The notes: generated by a model not told the origin, from the letters alone. Numbered from the stretch's first letter, positions 28,967 to 41,388 are shown. The stretch is DNA of 64,000 nucleotides from Chrysomallon squamiferum (GCA_012295275.1 CM022679.1:16182001-16246000), one strand, 5' to 3'. Made by a program: numbers and translations.

Positions 28967-31017
28967 AGAGCTTTTTTTTCTGTTCTACTCATCTGTAGTG
29001 TGCTATCTCAATTCTACTTTGCACTGCTCGAGTTTCCTTTTTTCCTACTATTGTTTTTTACTTTATCTCATTTCACTGTTTATATGTATTTTACAGAATA
29101 CTTATAATCAGGAGATACCTGAAAACATTTTATCTTATTTCACTTTTCACTGTTTATGTGTACTTTACAGAATGCTTATAACCTGGAGATATCTGAAAAC
29201 ATTTTATCTGATTTCACTGTTTATGTGTATTTCACAGAATACTTATAACCAGGAGATACCTGAAAACACTTTATCTTATTTCACTTTTTATGTGTATTTC
29301 ACAGAATACTTATAACCAGGAGATACCTGAAAACACTTTATCTTATTTCACAGAATACCTATAACCAGGAGATACCTGAAAACATGTTATCTTATTTCAC
29401 TGTTTATGTGTATTTCACAGAATACTTATAACCAGGAGATACCTGAAAACACTTTATCTTATTTCACTGTTTATGTGTATTTCACAGAATACTTATAACC
29501 AGGAGATACCTGATAACATGTTATCTTATTTCACTGTTTATGTGTATTTCACAGAATACTTATAACCAGGAGATACCTGAAAACATGTTATCTTATTTCA
29601 CTGTTTATGTGTATTTCACAGAATACTTATAACCAGGAGATACCTGAAAACATGTTATCTTATTTCACTGTTTATGTGTATTTCACAGAATACTTATAAC
29701 CAGGAGATATCTGAAAACACTTTATCTTATTTCACTGTTTATGTATATTTCACAGAATACTTATAACCAGGAGATACCTGAAAACACCCCTGCATGGACA
29801 AAGCTGATGACAGTTAATGCCAGAGACGGCGACCGGGAAGATTTTGGGGTGGTGGAATACAAACTTGACCCTAAGGAAACTCGATTCAGAATTGACAAAA
29901 AAACAGTAAGATGTCTGAGAACTTGTTTAAAAGAAATGAATTTCTTATTTGACAAAGTGTTGTAAACAATTTATAAAATAACTCAAATAAAATAATACTA
30001 TGTCTTTAGATACACATAAAACAGATATATATTTATATTTATGTGTGAACTTAAAGACATACATACACACATATACAGATAAAGCAACACACACATGCAT
30101 ACACATTGTGACATAACCTGACATGAAATAGTGTATATAAATTACAGATGATAATCAAAAACATTTACATTGACAACGACTGTGAAAACAAAAACCATGC
30201 ATTTTTAAAATGACAATAACACTAGCCTTATCTGACAACCTGCAAGTTTGGCATTTACCTCTGTCTGTGTATGTGAGGGCATTCTAAACAATTAGCTTAT
30301 TTAATAATAACTGATAAAAAGTAAATATGCCTGTGAAAAACTAGTGTGGTGTCTGTCTATGCAGGGTGTTCTTCAGCTCACTGATAAGGCAGATTTGGAT
30401 CGGGAAGTTCAGTCTGTGATCGCACTTCAGGTGGTTGCCTATGACAGCCCAGAACATCCCGATGTGAGGAGAAACATCAGCGTCCCAGTAAGATTTTAGT
30501 CATAATGTGAACTATTCACATTTCAGTAAATGTTTATAAACATGCATCTCTTTCCATGTCTTTTCTCTCCATCTCCTTTTCACTCACTCTCTCTGTCCCT
30601 CTCTGTAATTATATAAATCTGTTTAGACAGATATGGCAGCCCTAATGAAGATGAAACCAGAAATCAACCATTCTGTCATGTTATTCCTTGTATTTATAGT
30701 TAGAGAGATATAGACTAATTAAATTTATTTTATGTTAATAATCACACACACACACACACATAAACTCACATATTCAATTGTTCATAACATTCTCTGTTTT
30801 TAGGTTTACTTCATTCTACAAGACATAAATGACAATGATCCTAGACTGAGTTCTGACAACTACGAAGCCACAATTATAGAAACTATTGACATTGGGGCTC
30901 AGGTTATTCGTGTGTTTGCTACAGATCCTGATTTTGGTTTGAATGCATCCATTGCATACAAAGCTGTCCCAAATTCAGGAAAACCTGGTAAGTTTGTTTC
31001 TGTGTGTGTGGGTGGGT

Positions 31018-31082
<65 letters not shown>

Positions 31083-31636
31083 GTTTGTTTGTTTGTTTGT
31101 TTGTTTGTGTCATGTGTGTGTTTGCATTAGCATGAAAGTATTTTAGGTTACATATAAATCATGGAATCATTGTGTAAGTATAGGAACTGCTTATAGATAT
31201 TTACATACTTTTGCATGAGTAAGTGTCTGTATATGATAGTATATAGTGTAATACAACTAAAGATATATATGTTATTTGAAATCAAATTATTATTATTTTC
31301 AGCCAAAGCTTTAAGCCTGTTTAATGTTGGCCCCCAGTCAGGGCAGATAACTGTTGATGCAAATCTGAGAGGTCAGGCAGGTGTGTATCTGTTTCAAGTG
31401 AGCGCCATTGACAGACTGGGAGCACCTGATGGAAGAAAATCAGTTGCTAATATTAAAATTACTGTTACCTCAGCGACAAACTCTCCACCAAAATGGACGA
31501 GGCCACCCTACACAAATTACAACATTTCTGTCTTAGAGGTGTGTAGAATAAACTGATTCATCAGTAACCGTCTTCTGAAGTTCTTAGCAACATGGGATGT
31601 AGATAACCTGTAACCTGAATTTTATTTATGTGTGTG

Positions 31637-31710
<74 letters not shown>

Positions 31711-31832
31711 AGGGAATATGTGTAATATATGAAGTTTTCAGGTATTATGAGTAATGTCTGATTCACTCTGGAATTATGTATAATCCATAAAAAATGCAGG
31801 TATACATACATACATAGATAGATAGATGGACA

Positions 31833-31879
<47 letters not shown>

Positions 31880-32849
31880 GTATGTGTATATTTCTAATAT
31901 ATGCAAAACAATAATCTACAAAACCACAAATCATATTTTGATATCTATATCATTATTTATTTCCTGGAATCATTTTCAAGAGCCAATTTATTACACAGAA
32001 AAATAATGTCAAACAAATATTATATTAACACAAACTCTAATATGAAATTTTTATTTATTTTATTTTATTTATTTATTTATTTTATTTATTTATTTATTTA
32101 ACTGTTTGTTTATTTGACAGAGTCAGTACTTAGGAATGTTGGTGTACAGTGCTCATGCAAAGGACAACGATACTGGAGAGCCTGGAAAGGTGGACTACAG
32201 TTTCCTGGTGCCAGGTCAGGGATATGTGCAGAAAACAAAAGCTTTCCGAATAAACCCAGTAACAGGGGTTATCAGAGCCGAGATTGTGTTTGACAGAGAG
32301 GGTCCTGAACCAAGATATGTTGTAAGTATATGTCATACAATGCACGTTTTTATGTTTTTATCGTATTCATTTTTCTCATTTCAAAGATTTCCTGTTTTTC
32401 AACCTTTTCTTTTCTTTAAAAAATTTTAAATTAATTTTATTTGTTTTTAATTGTATCTTTATGAAATTGCTTGAATTTTCCTTTACTTATTTATTTATTA
32501 ACTTAATTTACTTTTATTAATTTTGTATTATATTTTATACTTTTTTATTAATGTAGGTAGACCTAATTATTTATTTTTTTTTTTTTATATATATAGAGAG
32601 AGACAGAGAGACACACATACACATATGTTTTCATTTGTCTACTTGTTAACTTTTATTGCATTTAATATTATTTGTTTTTATATTATATAAAGTTCATTAT
32701 CTATATTATAATAATTCATAATTATATATATAAATGTATGTATGTATATGTATGTGCAAATGTATGTAATTATATATGTAAATGTTATGTATATATGTAT
32801 GTATGTATGTACATATGTACATAGATGTGTGTGTGTGTGTGTGTGTGGA

Positions 32850-32903
<54 letters not shown>

Positions 32904-35539
32904 ATCCATTAAATAAAGTCTGAGTTTACTTTTAAAACAGCTGGAACTAGCAGCACGCGATCGTGGCAGTCCTCGTTTGGTGCAGACCAGATTTTTGTTT
33001 ATTAACATCCTTGATGTAGATGATAACAAACCAAGATTTGAAATGGAGGTAAATCAAATGTCATCATATATATATATATCAAATTTTACCTTTATTTTTT
33101 TCTTATAATTATTATTATTTTTATATATTTTTTTTGATTTTTGAGCTAGAAGATTTAAAAATATGTATATTTTTTAACAATTTAACTTATTTAAAACGAA
33201 CAAAATATAATATTAAATTTGGTTTTTATTTGGCATGTCTTTTTCTTAATTCATAATTGTTACATAATTTATAAATTTACTAATAGTATAATATATGGTG
33301 ATTACTGTTTGAACTCTTAAAATGACATATGTTTAAAATACATGAAATAAAATGTTAAGATTTGTATTTTATTTCTTAAATAATTAAAAAATTTACTTAC
33401 ATTGATATATATATAATACATAGTGATTACTATTCTGTGTCATTTTTAAATGTATGTGTGATATTTAACAGAACGGCAGAACAAAACCTATTGTATTTAA
33501 AAAAGTGAAAGAATCAGCCAGAATAGGAACATTTGTTGGTGAGCTCAATGCTACAGATGCAGATTCTGAGAAATATTCTAAGATATACTATAAAATTATC
33601 AGTAAGTAGAATGTATAAATATTTCATAGACTGCATAAACAAAAATATTATTTTATAGATTAGATAAATAACAGTATTTTAGAGATTATGTAAATAATTG
33701 TATTTTACAGATTTAATAAATATATTATTTTAGTGATTAAGTAGTTGTATGTTACATTGTATAGATAATTTTACAAACTATATATAGTTGTATTTTGTAA
33801 ATTATGTACACAAACTGTATTGTTTATAATAACATAGATGTATAGATGCATAAATAATTGTATTTTATAGACTGTGTAAATATTTGTATTTTGTAAGATT
33901 GTATAAATATTTTTTATCTATAAAGTATAAATAATTCTATTACATATCTTATAGACAAACAAATTACAGATATTTAAAAACACACACACAAACTCATACA
34001 TATATATAAATATCTATTTGCCTACCTACCTACCTGTTTACCTGTCTCTAAATCTGTTTATCTCACTATATTTGTTTTTGTGTTATCAGGTGGAAATGAG
34101 GATAAAACATTCTGGTTGAACAGTACTACAGGCAAGATGTACCTCAATAAGAGACTTGACCACGAGAAGCAGTCACGGTATCAGCTGTATGTCTACGCCA
34201 GCAACAACATCAGTGACTACACCGTCAAGACAAGTCGACGTCGCAGGTCCACTGACCCCAGCATTGCACCTGTTGTCATCCCTGTGGAGGATGAGAATGA
34301 TGCTGCTCCAGTGTTTGTAGGATTCAATTCACCTGTTCCTGGTGCTAAGGAGTATTATGGATGTAAATTTTCTTTTTATCATTTCTGTTATTGTTAATTA
34401 AAACATACTGGTCCAGTGTTAATTATTTTGCTGTATGAATTCAGCAAAATCTGAGATGTAACTGAATATACATTAATTCCTTCTTAAAAAGCCCATTAAA
34501 GCATTTCCCATTCCAAACAAAGCCTCATAACATTTTTTTTTACCAAACACCATGGTATGTATTTTCATGTCTTTAGGCAGATAAAAGAATATCAGTACTT
34601 TGCAGCAGATATTCCAAATTAAAAATTGAAAAAATCTTTTTTTTAAAAAATGACAAAAGTTTTTTTCTTAAATCAACAATAAGTAATTATAAAACAACAA
34701 AACAAATATTTTATTACAAAAGATATTACACACGCTGCTTCTTAATCAGCTAAATTGATTCCAAAATGATGAAACAAACGTTCTCTTACAAAAGGTATTC
34801 CAAACACTGCATCCTACGGACAGAGCATTGTGTCAGTTTCAGCGACAGATGGATTCCCAGGGCCCAAGTGGAGTGAGGTTCTCCATAAACTCTGGCAACA
34901 AGGACAACGTGTTCAACATACAGCCAGAGACTGGACTGGTGACCAACCAGCTCCTCCTGAACACTCGCACCTTTCAGAGCTTCGTGCTGACAGTGGAAGC
35001 CAGTGACAACACCACACGCATACCTCCAGTCACTGCACCTGTTAAAGTTAGTGTTAATATCGTCTTTTATTTCTTTATATTTATTAGCTTTCTATAGTAA
35101 AACCAAAATTTGTTAATTAAGTAAGTGCTTCTTTTGATTTTTGATTTATTTATTATTGTTATTGTTTTAATTAATTTATTTATTTTATTCTCATTTTATT
35201 TATGTAGTCTTTATTTTTATTTCATTTCAGTTTATTTGTTTTTATTTTATTTATATATTAATTTTATTTTATTTTATTTTATTTATTTAGTACAATAAAC
35301 TTTTTTCTTTTAGTTTTGTTTGGTTGATATTTTTTGGGTGGGAAATTGTTGGTTTTGTTGTTATAGAAGTAGATTCTATTCTTGCTTTTTTTAATGCAAA
35401 AAAATGAAAACTATTTCTTGTATTTTCCTTTTATTTTGTATTTATATTATTTTTATAGGAAAGATTTTTTATATTTCTTGGCTGTTATTTTTATTTATTT
35501 TTGTCACCTGTAGACTGTTTTGTTTTTGTTTTTGTGGAC

Positions 35540-35592
<53 letters not shown>

Positions 35593-36318
35593 AGGACTTT
35601 TTTTTGTGTGTGTGTGGTTTTGTTTTGTTTGTGTTGTTTGTCTTTTCTTTTTGTCAGTGTTTTTTTTACAAATTTTGTATTTTTTTTTAATAAAATATTT
35701 CAGATATTTGTCACATCACCAGGATCAGAGGTCAAACTTGTCATTAACCAGAAAGCATCAGAAGTTCAAAACTATGTTACACAGATTCAGAGGTACTTCA
35801 ACATTTTGTTTATCCTCATAGTTATGTGCTGACAGTATTGTTAATATGAAGTAATTTATTAATATGAAGTAATTAATGTTATTTATTTATATAATTTTAC
35901 ATATTTCTTCTTCTTCTTCTTCTTCTTCTTCTTCTTCTTCTTCTTCTCCTTCTTCTTCTTATTATTATTATTATTATTATTATTTTATTTGCTACCTCAC
36001 ACACTGTAGTATTTTATACAAACAAAAATAATTCAGCGTACTGTTATGTATTGCTTAGTTATAATTCATTCAGTGTGTCTCTGCCAATTTTGTTACACAT
36101 TCTTTTATTATATCTGATACTATGGTATGTTCAGATGAGTAATATTAATGTGATTTTTTTTTTGTTGTTGTTTATTTAGAATTCTTCAAAAACAGAAAAA
36201 TATTCACTATGTCTGCATCACCAACATTCGAGATCATCTCCGACCAGATGGCACAATTTCTGACTCAACGTGAGTTCCTTTATCTTTTTTTTTTGTTGTT
36301 GTTGTATTCAGTGGCTTT

Positions 36319-36353
<35 letters not shown>

Positions 36354-38801
36354 TTCTTCATGTTTTTAAATTGTGGAAAAACAAAAAGTCCAAGTGTAAT
36401 TTATACTGTTTTAAATGACTGTTTTATTTATAAATCATTACCAATTATGATGATGATGATGATGATGATCTATGATCTAATGATAATAGAAAGATAATCT
36501 TATTGATGATGATGATGATAACATCATTTGAAATAATAGTATCTTTAAATAACATCATTTAAAATAGTCACTGACAGACTGAGTATTTGATTTTCTGCAG
36601 TTTTAAAGTTATTATTAATATCAGTTTATTTTAACTTATAATAAATATTATGAGTACATATTTTTATTTGTTTGTTTTGTATGTGGCAGTGCTGACGTAT
36701 TTGTAGCAGCAGCATACATCAACCCAAACAGTGACACTGGGTACTCAATCTACACAACAGAGACGTTAGCCAGTGTGCTGAATCAAAACTACAGCGGAAA
36801 ACAGGCAGATCTCGACTCCCTGCATGTCACTTCTATCAATGTATGTATTTTACACTGTTCATTTTTATTTGTTTTGTTTTAATTATTACTATTACTTGTA
36901 ATGTATTTTATTTTATTTTATTTATTCTGTTTGAGTTTATTTTTATTATTATTTTTCAGTTTTTATTTTTGCTTCATATTATTTTTATTAATTGCTTCTG
37001 CTGTTTTTTTTATTTTTTTAACTCATTTTATATTTTTATTTTTATTTTTATTTAATTATTATTATTATTATTATTATTATTTGATGTGATTTGAGTTTAA
37101 TTTGGTTTCATCACTATTAATATTTAGCATAATTTTTTTATTACTTCATGTTATTTATCATATATAAACTTATTTATTTTATGTAATTTTTAAAAAATTA
37201 TTTTTTTTATTCAATATTAATTATTTAAATTATTTTTTATATAACTTTTTTTTTAAATATTGTTTATTTAATTTAGTTTATTTCTGGTAATAATTTTATT
37301 TCATGTTATTTTATTTATTTTTATTTTTACCTGTTTTTATTTCATGTGATTTGATTTTAAATACTGAATTTTATTATTTTTTAGTTAATTTTTCAACTTT
37401 ATTATTATTATTAGGTTGTTTTATTTTATTTTATTTTTATCTTTTTTTTTTTTTTTTTAATTCCATTTAATTTAATTACTCAAATATATTGCCATAAATA
37501 TTTTTTTTAGAATATTTTTCTGGTTTCTTTCCTTTTTTTAAAATAATTTTTAAACTATTTTGTTTTTTATTTGCAAACCTTATCAGATATATTTTTCTTT
37601 AATTCTTTCTCTTGCATTTTTCTTTTTTCAAGAACACATTTTATTTTGTAATTTTTATTTTTTATTTTTATTAATTTTTTTTTAAGTGAATGTAAGAAAG
37701 TAAAAGAAAACAAAAAGTTTATGTTGGTTACTTAAATCCTTTCTTGTATTTTCTGATTTACCTTTTGATAATTATCTGAAACTGTCTTGTAAACAAACCT
37801 TTATCCTTTTTCAGCCTGGAAACAAAACAAACAAAAAATAACAGATACATTGGCATTTATTCTGTTTTTATTAGCAATAGTATTAATATTTAATTATGAT
37901 TTGATCTATTCCTGGAAACAAAACAAATAATATATCTAAACTACTTTTTATACCTTTTTATTTCATTTGATTTGATTTCAAAATACTTGCTAATTATTTT
38001 ATTGTTGTTGCTTTTTTATTGCAGCTGTCAGAAGACGGTTCATCATTCTTGACTCAAGTTCCTGTTCTAGCTGTGCTTATTATTGTCATTCTCCTTGTTG
38101 TAATGGCACTCATCTTGTTCTGCATCGCCTGCTACTGCATTGCAGGATCGTAAGTCACTGACAGCCTTATTTACAAATATTCTAATACTGTATTTGTGAT
38201 CACTGTTCTCTATGTTTTAAATTCATTTTTTACTTTTACTGAATCTCTTTTTCACTTTACTAATCATTTGAGTAATTATTTGTTACAAATATTTGATGTT
38301 GTGTTTTTGGATCCCATAAGATGTTTGTGTTTTGTGGAGGTTTTTATATTTGTTTCTGTTAAAAGCATATTTGGCAGATGATTGTGCTGATTGTGATAGT
38401 ATGTGTGTTGTTGTTTTTTCAATGTGTAAATGAACATATTTAGATATATTTGTTTTGGATACTTTTTAATTTAAGGCTAATATTATAATCAAAATATACA
38501 TTAATTTATTTTTCTTATTTTTACAGCAAAAACAGGAAGACAGAGAAAGCAACAGCAGGTACAAAACATACTAAAAATGGAAAATACCAGTCTCTGAATA
38601 TTTATTTTTTATTTTTTTCACTTTATAATTAATCAAGCTTGGTCATAAGAAATTATTAGAATAAATTAATAACTAGGAACTAAATAAAAAATTTATATTT
38701 TTATTTTTTCATATTACATTGTCATTTAAGATATTAATAAAATAAAATAACAGTGCTGTGCAATGCAAGCATCTAATCTTATTCTTAATTGATCAGGGGA
38801 G

Positions 38802-38845
<44 letters not shown>

Positions 38846-38953
38846 TGTTATTATTAGTTATAATTATTTTTTATTGTTATACTTATTACTATCAATTAAT
38901 TCATCTGTTGTTTTTCAGCTCAGAGAACATACATCTATCAAGAGGTGAGAACA

Positions 38954-39011
<58 letters not shown>

Positions 39012-39745
39012 CCACACACACCTTGTAAAATTGAGTTAATAATTCCTTAAAACCTATTATGATTAAATTATTCAAAAACTTTGTACATATATTAAAATCT
39101 TACTCTTAACTTGTTTAATAGTTCTAGCTTTAAAATATTTCTTACAAATTATTAAAATGCAATGCTTGGTGGTATTCTAGTGTTTTTTACCTTTTTTAAT
39201 TTGTTTTTTAAAGCTAATATTGTAACAATGTGTCTGGTTTTCAGCCTGTGATAGAGGAGGCAAAGGCTGCAGTTGAGAGGGAGCCAGAGAGACCCCCTGC
39301 GGCACTTCCACTCCAGCAGGCTCAGCCTGTGTATGACAACAAAGCCTTTGTCCCTGAAGATGAGTATGCTGTGGTTCAGAAGAAAAAATCAAAACCAGTT
39401 GCTGCTGCTGTCCCAGTCCTGGCAGATCCACTGCCTCGCCACGAGGAGGGGCCAATACCAGTGATTGAAACCTACCCAGTAGATGACAATGATGATCAGT
39501 CTCAACCACCCCCCAGAGTCTATGAGGATCAAGGCCCTGTTATTGAAACCTACCCAGTGGAAAACCCTGCAGAGCTGCCCCCACCTGCTGATTTCCTGAT
39601 AGAGGAGCCTGGTGACATTGAGGTTGAAGTCAAAGATGACTCTCCACACTCCACCCCAGTGTCAACACCTCGACAGACTCCACGACACTCTCCATCACCA
39701 CGCCCAAAACAGGAAGAAGAAATGGATACTGAAATCAGAGACTAA
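10945..39745 (+). CDS. Cadherin-87A-like / cadherin-related type I membrane protein (~1,900 aa; ~14 EC repeats, membrane-adjacent domain, TM, cytoplasmic tail)
   Basis: Exons: 10945-10984 ([13 protein letters not shown]), 12193-12282 (GC donor), 12911-13050, 13481-13534, [decayed 15083-~15150], 15684-15800, 16438-16572, 17191-17304, 17859-17937, 18468-18589, 18897-19097, 20596-20751, 21034-21201, 22114-22187, 22456-22723, 23115-23263, 23443-23512, 24437-24509, 25044-25228, 25632-25758, 26076-26218, 26694-26826, 27847-28047, 28674-28840, 29756-29905, 30365-30487, 30804-30987, 31303-31538, 32121-32321, 32941-33048, 33472-33601, 34090-34362, 34795-35046 (frameshift at ~34851), 35704-35792, 36180-36269, 36690-36840, 38025-38149 (TM), 38527-38558, 38919-38944, 39245-39745 (stop). 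Phases are consistent except at 34851. Repeated DxNDNxPxF, LDRE/DYE and ATDxD motifs. The family label is inferred from domain architecture. Confidence 0.92.
11010..11870. repeat. 26-bp minisatellite (CACAGTGTATTATA[CAGGCAGTGTAG/TAGACAGTATAA])n with alternating variants
   Basis: cacagtgtattat recurs at 11168, 11194 and onward. Confidence 0.95.
14111..14862. mobile_element. Non-autonomous Tc1/mariner-superfamily (Tc2/pogo-type) DNA transposon, 752 bp
   Basis: Perfect 12-bp TIR CCGTATATACTT...AAGTATATACGG flanked by TA on both sides (14109-14110 and 14863-14864); subterminal TCGACTTA motifs at about 14765 and 14821; CCGTA termini are typical of Tc2/pogo-like elements; no transposase ORF. Confidence 0.8.
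15083..15150 (+). pseudogene. Decayed or mis-assembled cadherin exon (end of EC1: [11 protein letters not shown] / NNQEP)
   Basis: Acceptor tttgcag at 15082; the frame reads [11 protein letters not shown] and a shifted frame continues [11 protein letters not shown] (a DxND-like motif); no convincing donor follows; position matches the 90-nt exon 5837-5748 of the paralog. Confidence 0.6.
15812..16290. repeat. 31-bp minisatellite (ATGTGTCACCTGTGTTCATTTATTACATTTT)n
   Basis: gttcattt recurs at 15841, 15872 and onward; begins about 10 bp after the donor at 15801. Confidence 0.95.
17340..17830. repeat. Degenerate tandem repeat (TGTTACA..ACACAATATAGTGCA-like) filling most of an intron
   Basis: Recurrent tgttacattacacaatatag / acagtatagtg motifs. 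Confidence 0.6.
19140..20330. repeat. 34-bp minisatellite (CTAAGTGACAATAGTGTTTACCTRACAASTAMTT)n, about 35 copies
   Basis: acctgacaag recurs at 19261, 19295 and onward. Confidence 0.95.
21174..21890 (+). repeat. 57-bp tandem array containing the exon 3' end and the 5' splice site (about 12 copies)
   Basis: Unit AGAAAATACTCTTATAGAAACTGTATCA|GTAAGTATAATTAACATGTAAACACAACC; copy 1 is the real end of exon 21034-21201. Confidence 0.95.
23693..23941. mobile_element. Possible degenerate non-autonomous DNA-element remnant
   Basis: GC-richer island in an AT-rich intron with GGGGCCC and palindromic GAAGCTTAAGCTTC motifs; ends only weakly inverted. Confidence 0.3.
27255..27830. repeat. 43-bp minisatellite with 54-bp variants (TCGTGTATTTGACAATTACAGTTTCAGTGATAATTATGCGATC)n
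   Basis: tacagtttca recurs at 27641, 27684 and onward; ends about 15 bp before the acceptor at 27846. Confidence 0.95.
29062..29786 (+). repeat. 67-bp tandem array containing the 3' splice site and the exon 5' end (11 copies)
   Basis: Unit TTATCTTATTTCACTGTTTATGTGTATTTCACAG|AATACTTATAACCAGGAGATACCTGAAAACA; AG ends at 29096, 29170, 29237, 29304, 29353, 29420, 29487, 29554, 29621, 29688 and 29755. Confidence 0.95.
34490..34615 (+). mobile_element. Degenerate SINE fragment
   Basis: Core cccattccaaac...caccatggtatgtattttcatgtc resembles the copy at about 58785-58840 (ctgtggtatgtgctttcctgtc); similarity judged by eye. Confidence 0.4.
38025..38149 (+). CDS. Transmembrane-helix exon of the plus-strand cadherin
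   Basis: [41 protein letters not shown]: long hydrophobic run with juxtamembrane Cys, followed by basic residues (SKNRK) in the next exon. Confidence 0.9.
39245..39745 (+). CDS. Terminal coding exon: acidic/Pro-rich cytoplasmic tail of the plus-strand cadherin
   Basis: Phase-0 acceptor at 39244 matches upstream microexon 38919-38944; ORF ends ...[10 protein letters not shown]. Confidence 0.88.
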   Translation, partial: PVIEEAKAAVEREPERPPAALPLQQAQPVYDNKAFVPEDEYAVVQKKKSKPVAAAVPVLADPLPRHEEGPIPVIETYPVDDNDDQSQPPPRVYEDQGPVIETYPVENPAELPPPADFLIEEPGDIEVEVKDDSPHSTPVSTPRQTPRHSPSPRPKQEEEMDTEIRD

Positions 39746-40863
39746 ATTCCATTATTTTTTCTTTCTTTTTTTATTAATAAGTAAAATGAACTGCTTGCAG
39801 AAACTGTTAATCAGTGTTCTAGAAATATTTTGATGCTTCCATAACTTTTATTATTTTTATTTGTGTTTATCTTTTTTTAATCTGTTTTGAGTATGATTGT
39901 TTGTAATTTTCAAATTAAAATTTTTTAATAAGTATTCTTTACTATTTATCTAATATGACAACAAAACCTGTCAATTGAAATCACAGTGCATTTAACATTT
40001 TTTTTAATTATAATTATTATCATTATTATTATTATTATTTGTTTGTTTTAATCTGGTTCATTGATTTTCCTTCTCTTTTGTAAGTATTGTTAGTTTAGTG
40101 GTTTCTTTCTAAGGTATGTGGGGTCGTGGGAAGGTTATTTGCTTTAATCTGCAAAACAACATAATTATATTTAATAACATTCTTTTAATTTTTTAAATGG
40201 AGAGTCATTTGTTTGCTTTATACTGCAAAAGATTTTTGTATTTATGTCATTTTTATTTAATTAAAATGCCAACAAAAAAAAAAAAGACATCTGCATGTAA
40301 AAATTAATTTGTACAAAATAAATAAAGTATAATTTAATGATACATTTGCAGATATTTACTATCAAAATTAAAACAAAATCTGTAGTAATAATCACTTTAA
40401 TATTAAGGATTTTACAGAGTCTACTGTTAGTTTTATGCATTTCTTGTAAATACAATTTTATCCATGTTATGATAAATATTTTAATGTATGTTTCATGTCT
40501 AATTCAAATTTTTCATTTTTCATTTTTTATTTCTCATCTGAGGTTCTTATTACTTTATTTATTTTATTTTGTTATTGTTATTATTTAATCTTATTATTAT
40601 TATTTTTATTTTTATTTTTATTTATTTACATTTTTTATCATAATTTTTATTTTATTTTGTTATTTGTTTATTATTATTTCTACATTTTTAACTGTTTATT
40701 TTTGTTTTTTTGTTATATCTCCTGTTATTATAAATTTTATTAGACATATAACTAATAATACTTATGCAGATATATGTGTTTGTTAGAGTTTTCAGTCTAT
40801 GCATTAGCTGTAACATAGAGTGTAATATTATATACCTTTGTATAGAACATTTTGTATGACACC

Positions 40864-40869
40864 AATAAA
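40864..40869 (+). other. Candidate polyadenylation signal of the plus-strand cadherin
   Basis: AATAAA followed about 20 nt later by a GT/T-rich stretch (ttgtttttgttgtttgtg); other AATAAA hexamers occur upstream. Confidence 0.4.
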
Positions 40870-41349
40870 TACTATTTTTAATAACTTGTTTTGTTGTTTG
40901 TGTTAATGTGTGTACATCTTCTGTGATATATTTATTAAAAAGAAACTATAGCAGGGGGAGCTATATCAAAATGAAGCTTATGAATATGGAATATGAATAT
41001 TTCTATAAATCAGTACCCTTAAACATTGATCCCAGAAGTGACTGAAAAGTAACAGTTTATTAAAAGTACTGGCATAAAATGAAAACGAAAAATAACCGGT
41101 TTTTAATGTTCTTTTTTTAAATTATTAATACTGAAGATGAAGGAGAGAAAAAGCTGGAAAGTAGCAAAATGACCCCAGAACAAAAATGTGAAGCTACACT
41201 TCTTAATAAAGTGTAAGAAAAAAAATCCTATTTATATACTTCTTTTATTCATTTCATTATGTTTATCTTTATTCTTCTGATTTTTCTTCTTCCTCTTCTA
41301 TTATTATTATTATTATTATTTTCTTTCATTTATTTCTATTTTTTCTTTC

Positions 41350-41388
<39 letters not shown>

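Noticed and set aside
39177-39649. Antisense ORFs over the cadherin tail exon (also 27777..28019, 46542..47117, 54679..55719)
   Set aside because: Shadow frames of GC-richer real exons with no independent motifs
1155-39745. Clustered protocadherin locus of the cephalopod or vertebrate type
   Set aside because: Clustered protocadherins have 6-7 EC repeats encoded largely by one big exon; these genes are intron-rich and the complete one has about 14 repeats
10945-39745. Calling the plus-strand cadherin a pseudogene
   Set aside because: Only two local defects among about 40 exons, with otherwise intact frames and splice sites; assembly error or recent mutation is more parsimonious until reads are checked
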